Source of the DNA: Lingula anatina
Taxonomy: Eukaryota > Animalia > Brachiopoda
Assembly (NCBI GenBank): GCA_051362555.1
Contig: CM120644.1
Span: forward strand, 16,390,534 to 16,454,533
Reading direction: 5' to 3'
Length of the DNA: 64,000 nt
The notes below the pieces were generated by a model, which saw only the letters and a program-made list of their open reading frames with translations, ran no database searches and was not told the origin of the DNA. Below, piece after piece: positions 56,760 to 64,000 of the stretch. The position numbers and the translations under genes were made by a program. Each line of letters opens with the position of its first letter. The first letter of the stretch is position 1.

Positions 56760-59700
56760 AAATAGATGTGAAAGAAGCAAAGAAACATATAGAATTGGAG
56801 GTGACATGTGTAATGACTCAGTGGCGCCATCTTTTGATTTGGTCAAGAGTCATGCCTGTCATACCCTGTGTTTATCACTTAGTTTGGATCTCTCTGCAAG
56901 TCTTTTTGAAGTCTTTTAAAACCTTCGCAGTAAAAAAAGGAGGGTTCCTTCTCTATTTTAGCTCTTATAACCAAATCATGACATTTGTATTTTCAGTTTG
57001 TGTTTTGTTCTCTTTTGCCCTCCAGAAATATATTCAGATCAAGAATTGTTTTGATTTGTGGAAACTACATGTATGGCTTAACCCAAAAATATTAAGTAGA
57101 ACCCTGTAAATTTTTTTCTTCGTAGTTGCCCCTTAAAGTTTTGGACTAACCTTCCCATCCTATCCCTGCATTTTTTTCTGTAAGTTAACATGCGTATCAT
57201 GCAATTTTTGCTTGTTCATGTTCTGCATCTATCCATTTGAAGTATTATAATTACAAACACAATATACTTTAATAAGCTGTTCTTTGCCCAATCTCATTAA
57301 CACCTTACTGAATACTTTTGAGGTAGTGCTTTATCCAGTGAAGTATTTTAGTTGTAAGAAAATAACTTCCTTTCACCAGTCCCAGTTTCCAGTCGTTATA
57401 AGACTTCTACTTTTACACATTATTATTCTTAAATTGAGACATATCACTTAGATTTAAGAGAAGAGCAGGTTATATTCGGGGTGTTTTAACATAATGCGTG
57501 TATATAAACTGAAAGTATATTTGTATAGCTGGTCTATATGGTTAGAATATTGGCGCTGCTGGTAATTAAGATTAAGTCATAATGTTACATATTATACCAA
57601 ATTTAATTTATACTTGGTAGTGATACGTTATCTTAAGACCTCAGGTATATTGCTTTGTTTGTGATATGTATCAAATGTTCACTTAGTTTGTTTTAAAAAT
57701 AATGATTATTGAGGTTTAATCATATTTATAAACTGTAAATACATAGTGTAGTATTCGCGACCTGACCTATTTTTCCAGCCCACACCCGATTATGAAAATG
57801 CATTCGTATTGTTTGAAAGCATCGTGTATTTATATTTGTTTAAAAACAAACGCTTTAGTTTTCGAGTTGAAATTCTTGTTGTCACGATGGATGCATACAC
57901 GTGTAAGACAAATATTTACTAGTGTACAGAAAAAAAAAACGTGCTGCCGAGAATTTAGTTCATGAATAGTTAAGATTTGGAACCGTTTTCAAGAAACATT
58001 GTTGTCATGGCAACATAGGCTACCGAGTACATTCTAAAAAATGCATGTTGTTCATGTAATTGGTTTTAAAAAAATAAATAAATATATAGTGATAAAGCAA
58101 TTGCAAACAAATGCTCTTGGTGTTTTAATTAACACAGGAATGCTTTTCTCTATGGACGAAAGGTGTGCAGGAAACAAGTTATAAAAGGGGGTTTTTGACA
58201 AAAAGCTAAACAGACGAGTGAAAAAGCGTGAAGATATGAATCGGGCCGGGTGACAGGAATGGTAGTCCTAGAAATTGAGAAAGTCCTGTTTCATATGATT
58301 AATGGGCCATTCCACAATCTGAAAAAGGTGGATATTTGAATCCCGTCACTGACGTCTGTTACACTCAAAGTTTGTGTAATATCTTTTGTATTGCCAGCAA
58401 TTTCTTTTTCTGAAAAAGTGGATCATTTACCATGAAACATTCATACTTTCATAAAATTTTACTCAAGGGGTACTTTTTCCCGGCAGAAAAGGGGCGATCT
58501 TTCGACATCACGAACACAAACGTGTTGCACGGTTGAATAATGCATGAAAAATACTTTTCTGGGTGGTCTTTTCTGAGTTGTGTTTTTGAATCAGGACTTA
58601 ATAGTTGATAAATCAGATTAGGATAAAAATAATGATGGATGTGAGTTTGCATTCAGAAATGCATGTATATAAATACTGATTATGTTTGTTTTTAAAAGCA
58701 ATGATGCAATCGTATATGCGTGTGTATTTTGTTATCACACGTGTGTGTCTGGGCCGCTATACCAGTGAACATTTCTTGTAAACCGATACATAAATAAGAG
58801 GGTGTGTTGCCATTTTGCTTCTCAATTCAAAGCGGTTATACTTTATGCAATAATACAATGTGTAATAACACATTTTGAGGACAAAAACTTTTAGCCGTTG
58901 GGATTTTATTGATACGAGCCCAACTGAGTAACAGAAAAAAATCAAGAAACTACAAAATAGACTTTTACCTTAAAACCACAGATATAATGTCATCAGCAAA
59001 ATCACCATACCTCATCTGAAGACAATTAAAAACCATGAACCTTCATATGGTACCTTTATATGGTAATATTATAACAGCTGGTATTATGTATAAAGGCGTT
59101 TTTAGCCTAAGTTTAACTAACTGGGCATATGCCCTTAAAAGTATTCAATAATTGTCTGAAAACATCCCCAAGTTATATCTGTATGTTTAAATATACTGTT
59201 ATGTACCCTTTCAAGGCTCATTCCTTAACATGGTTATACATGTAATCCCTCAAATAAAAGTTGGCCTTCCTGGCGTCGGTGCTTCCTTGCCAGGGAAACA
59301 GAATGCTACTTTCTATCAGGGTGGCAGGTATCATAGGCAAAATTTCAAAAAGCCAATCAAATGACTGTCTATTTATCTAAAGATGTATCTGTAAATATCT
59401 TGTGAAAAATCAATCTGTGCCGGGTGGTAAAGGCAAACAGAATGCTGTCTAAATGGGTCAATTAAGATTCATTTAGAACTATGTGATTAGCCATGTTTCA
59501 AAACTAGTCGAAAAGTTTTCATTTATGATAGATTCACATATTTGATTTACCTGTTGAATGTTTCGTCTGTTCACCCTGGCAGACTTGATCACAAGTAAAT
59601 TACCTGTCCAGGTGAAGGTGAACAGGTAATTACCTCAATCTTAGTGATGACTTGTTAGTCCCTCTCGCCCCCGTTTTCCAGAGTGGGTTTGAGAATATCA

Positions 59701-60877
59701 TCATACTCATGGGACAGTTTGTGTGCCCCTTTATTTGTGTTCATGGTGTGTTTCTTTCTTCTTATCCAGATGGATTCCAAAACGTTGCGTTTGTTGCAAT
59801 TACTCACTGGTTAGCACTAAATAGGCTCTATTCCCATAGATTTTAGATCGATCTATCCCCGCGGGGAGTCTCACTAGATTACTTTCAGATAATCCGACTT
59901 AAATGTCCGTCCCACCTACTACAAGCTGTAAGTGGGTAATTAACTTTCGTGTCCGCCCGGCAAACAGCTATTTAGCGTGAACCCCCAGGGAGTTAGGTCG
60001 ATCTAAAGTAGGTCGATCTAATCTATGGAAATGGGGTGATAGTATTGTCCCAATTTGGCACACGGTTGTTTTCTGACATATGATCCGTAAGGTCTGATTT
60101 GTGTAACACTCCTGTTAACATAGAGCGTTTGTGTTAACTCCCTCTCTTGCATTTTCGTTTACATCTTTCTGGTGCTCCTGTAGTCTTAGTCCTAGTTTTC
60201 TTCCCGTTTCTCCAACATATTCTCTGTCACAGCTCCCACAGCCGATCCTTCTTGGTGTCCTCTATCAATTGTTTTTTTGGGGTGTACTAGAAAGTTTCTC
60301 AGTTCTGCATGTCAACGGGTAAATCAAATATGTGTATCTATCATAGATGAAAACTTTTCTACTAGCAAAACTGGCATCCAATGGAATTTTGACAATGTTT
60401 CAAAACATGCAATCAGACTGTTGAGACGGATTGAGCAATAATTTGTTATAACGAACATAAGGTTCGACGCGCAAATCCTTTATAATATACCTTAGGCGCA
60501 AATCGGAGGCAATTTAACTTAACGTATAAGAGTTTGATCGTTACACCCAGAAATATAAACTTACGTCTATTATCATTCAAATAAGTAGAACATTGACACT
60601 CATCCGTTAATCCCATTTCGTTTGAAGAATGACTATTATATATTGATATTATAAGAAAAAATTAATTAAAACCCTCGGAGGCTGCATCGATTCTCATTTC
60701 TTACGGTTGCCTCATATCAGCCGTTGGACCATTCGGTTATATTCAGTTCCAAAAAAAGTAACATAAAGTTAAATCAAAAGTCGCTAATTGATATGCGTGG
60801 TCTTCTTCAAATTTATCCATAGTCATGGTAGTTGGGTCTTTGATAATAACCCACTACCACAAGATAACCTAGGACAG

Positions 60878-63620
60878 TTATCCCCAATAATATTCACCGT
60901 GTTTTAGGTACCATTCTATAGTTTTCTTCAGACCTTCTTTCCAGCTTGTCTTGGGTTTCCAACCCAGTAAATGGAGCTTTGTGGAATCAATGACGTAGCG
61001 TGTGTCGTTATAGGGACGATCCTTGACGTGTTCGATATTCATTGGCTTTCCCAAGATCTCGTGCAGTTGCTTGGCGATGGACATCACAGTATGCTCGTTG
61101 TTAACGCCGATGTTGTACGTTTGTCCAATGATACCCTTATGGAGAAGGAGGTCAAACGCTTCAACGGCGTCTCCCACGTAGAGGAAGTTGCGCAAATGTT
61201 GGCCGTGGCCGTAGATTGGACACGTTTTGCCTGCTCTGATGTTTCCAAGAAACGATGGAATGACCTGCAAATATAAATTTTCACACACATGTCAAGTTCT
61301 GTGCACATTACAAAAGAGGACAGGGCTACATCTTAAAACGAATAAAGACAGCAGAGAAAAATAAGATTAATTTTTTCATTTGACATTTCTTTTTTATGTC
61401 GGAATTTTGGAGCCAGTTGTTATAGATCACAATTGTGAAACCTTAAAGAATCCGTGGCTCAATAACAAGACTAATCGAACCTGATGGCGGTGGGCTAGAA
61501 GAATGCCACCGATCTGCCAAACTTTACCATTCGTGGTGTACTCTAAGAGGGTCTCTAGTAAAACGGCCTCACGTCAACTTAAATAAAACGTACTCGTAAG
61601 GGCCAGCGAGGCATAGCCCTCACCCTTTGGTCAGTCACGCCAGTTGCACGCCGTTAAGTGGGGATCTAAGTCTCTCTCCACCCCACAAACTACCAGGCTA
61701 CTTTCTGACCACAAAGCCCCCTAGTAGTTTGTTTAAATTGTTGAAAATTATTGGCTCTTCTTCTATTTTGTAAAGTGTGCTAGAGGTCCCTGTGTATCAG
61801 AGTGTAACAAACGGCCAGCATCCCCGTAATTTATTATTTTCTGAACGATTAGACCTCACTTCTCTTCCTGAACACCTGATAAAAAATATGCAGAACCATT
61901 ACAAGTTACCTTTTCTGGGTACTGCGCCGGCCCGTACACGTTGTTGCTGCGCGTGATGATGACGGGGACGTGGAAGGAGTGATGGTAAGACTGGACCAAC
62001 ATCTCAGCCGCCGCCTTGGACGCCGAGTACGGGTTGGTCGGGGTAAGGGTGGCGGTCTCCTTGCGTGGAATTCCGTCTTTCACTTCGCCATACACCTGTG
62101 AGAGGTCATTTTATTATGTATGACACCGATGATGTGACAAAAATTCAATGTTCTCTGACTACGTATGTTCAACGTTAAAACTGCATTACATGTCAAATTT
62201 TGACTTGTCAACATCTTGACCAAAACTTTAACTAAGACGTTTAAGCAACCTTTTTTAGATTGAGATATAGTTCCAAATAAAACAACGGAGAGAAATGCCA
62301 AAGGCCATCGTTTCATATTACCCGAAAATGATATTTGAACGGATTTTTCTACTTGCTTTCTGTGCTGACTAACGACCAAATATTTGAAGAAAGGGGCAGA
62401 TTAAAGCTCTCTTTAGCTGATCGATTTTTGCATAATAAAAAAAGGGGCCATTTTAAATTTGAGTCTTTTACATCTGGACCAAATGTTTAACCAAATGCAA
62501 TTTTTTACCAACTTGGATTTAAATCATAAAAGTTTTTTTAATATACTGGACGATTAAAAGAGTAAAAATTAAAAGACAAATTTAGGGTTTCCTGTTCGGA
62601 AGTTTCGCTCAATAACATTTTTTGCATAAATTATAGGGCCTCGTGACTTTGGGGCATTGCCTTAAATTGATTAGTTCAAAATACCATTTCATTATAACAG
62701 CATGTCTGTTAAGATTCAAAACCTTATTAAACCTGACGTCACATACCTCATCCGTGCTGACGTGAAGGAAGAGCTCCACGCCAAAATGTCTGGCGCAGTG
62801 GAGCAACGTGTGAGTTCCAATGACGTTAGAATTGGTAAAGGCGTTGGAATTATTGAACGAGTTGTCAACCAGGGTCTCCGCTGCAAAATGCATCACTGTG
62901 TCGATCTGGTAGGTCTCGAAAATCTCTTTCATCTTCTCGGCATCGGAGATATCGGCTGAAAAAAAAATACATTTATGGATGCGTGTGTAGATGGATTGAA
63001 GATGACGTCATAAGCAGCGACTTTCATAATGATCCTCACTTAAAAAATCTCTAAATAGCTACTTACGTCAAACACTTCTTAAAGAAACGTCAATATTTAT
63101 TTGTTGTTTTTTAAACGCATGTCATCTTTTATTTTGCCATCTTATTTAACACAAATATATACATAAAAATGATATCAAATGAGATAAAATTCCATACCTT
63201 TGATGAAAACAAAATTGGGTTTGTTCGCAGAGGGATCAAGGTTCTTCTCATTGGAGCAATACGTGATCTTATCCACAACAACCACGTGGTAAAAGCTGTA
63301 CCGCTCCACAAGGAAGTTAGCCACGTGCGACCCAATGAAGCCAGCGCCGCCTGTCAGCAGTATGTTTTTCCGGACGTTCTTCTTCATTCTGGTGAAGACG
63401 TCTTGGATGGAAACGCTAATGTGCGGGATTTGGCACTCGGGCAGGGCCGACTCCAGTTTGGTTGTATCAAGGCAGTTGTCTGACCGACCGGCCTTTATCA
63501 GGGTCTTGAGGACTTCCTTATTGACGAGCTGGTAGGTATGGTTAGGGTCAATGAGGCTTTTGTACAGCGCCAGGATTTCTGAGTGACTGATGACACCAGG
63601 GTTGACAAAGTTGTAGACAC
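60878..63620 (-). CDS. NRS/ER-like epimerase-reductase fused to NDP-glucose 4,6-dehydratase (RHM-like NDP-rhamnose synthase), 5'-incomplete; exons 63620-63198, 62955-62747, 62095-61910, 61264-60878
   Basis: Dehydratase motifs [48 protein letters not shown] (YxxxK), [27 protein letters not shown]. These are preceded in the same exon by [36 protein letters not shown], matching the recalled C-terminus of plant NRS/ER (GIWNFTNPGVVSHNEILEMYK..VAPRSNNEMD..KL). Confidence 0.88.
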
Positions 63621-64000
63621 CTAAAATGATTTCGCAATTGCAAAACTGATGACACCCGGGCTGACAAAGTTGTAGATACTTAAATGGTTGCAAAATTGTT
63701 GGAATAAAGAACTTTCGTCTGTACGATTTGGATCTTATGAACTTATTATATGACACATGGAGCCTCCACCCACCCCCCCTCGCGTGATTTCGCCACTGCA
63801 ATCAAATAAGTTTCTCAAAAAATGTGAAGATCTAACGCGGCCATGATTACCAAGGATAACTTTAAGCTTATCTGTCCGTTTGGCCGATTCGAACATAAGT
63901 GACGTAAGCGCAAACAAACTATGAATCCCCAGTACTGAAATTAACATTAAAGGGATAATAACTGTTACTTTTCGTACGAGATCCGTATTTCACAATAAAT

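Noticed and set aside
61595-61630. HDV-like ribozyme or dicistrovirus IRES similarity (CCTCGCTGG)
   Set aside because: The required nested double pseudoknot and the CAGCC loop could not be built.
63621-63801. N-terminal part of ORF 63175-63801 as coding
   Set aside because: It lies upstream of the AG at 63621-63622 and includes a duplicated copy of the acceptor region, so it is treated as intron.

Overview
AT-rich, intron-rich eukaryotic DNA from an invertebrate animal (a mollusc or other lophotrochozoan is inferred from the repeat types). The first ~30 kb has no intact gene. It holds MITEs (Harbinger-like, piggyBac, CAG-ended with 5-bp TSD), Helentron/HINE-type elements, LINE 3' ends, satellites, an amplified exon-like module containing 51-bp repeats, and an unprocessed TDP-43 (TARDBP) pseudogene fragment. 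The second half has four spliced genes: PNKD (+, 9 exons), LSM12 (-, 5 exons, with a U12-type first intron), ATG9 (+, 17 coding exons) and the 3' part of an NDP-sugar enzyme (-). There are two main observations. (1) ATG9 carries two homologous, open, 100-nt copies of one membrane-helix exon that look like a mutually exclusive pair. (2) The NDP-sugar gene fuses a plant-type NRS/ER epimerase-reductase in frame upstream of a glucose 4,6-dehydratase, suggesting a rhamnose synthase in an animal with the domain order reversed relative to plant RHM. Tandem duplication of exon ends together with their splice sites recurs in three of the four genes. All gene models and homology calls were made by eye from remembered protein sequences; no database search was run.
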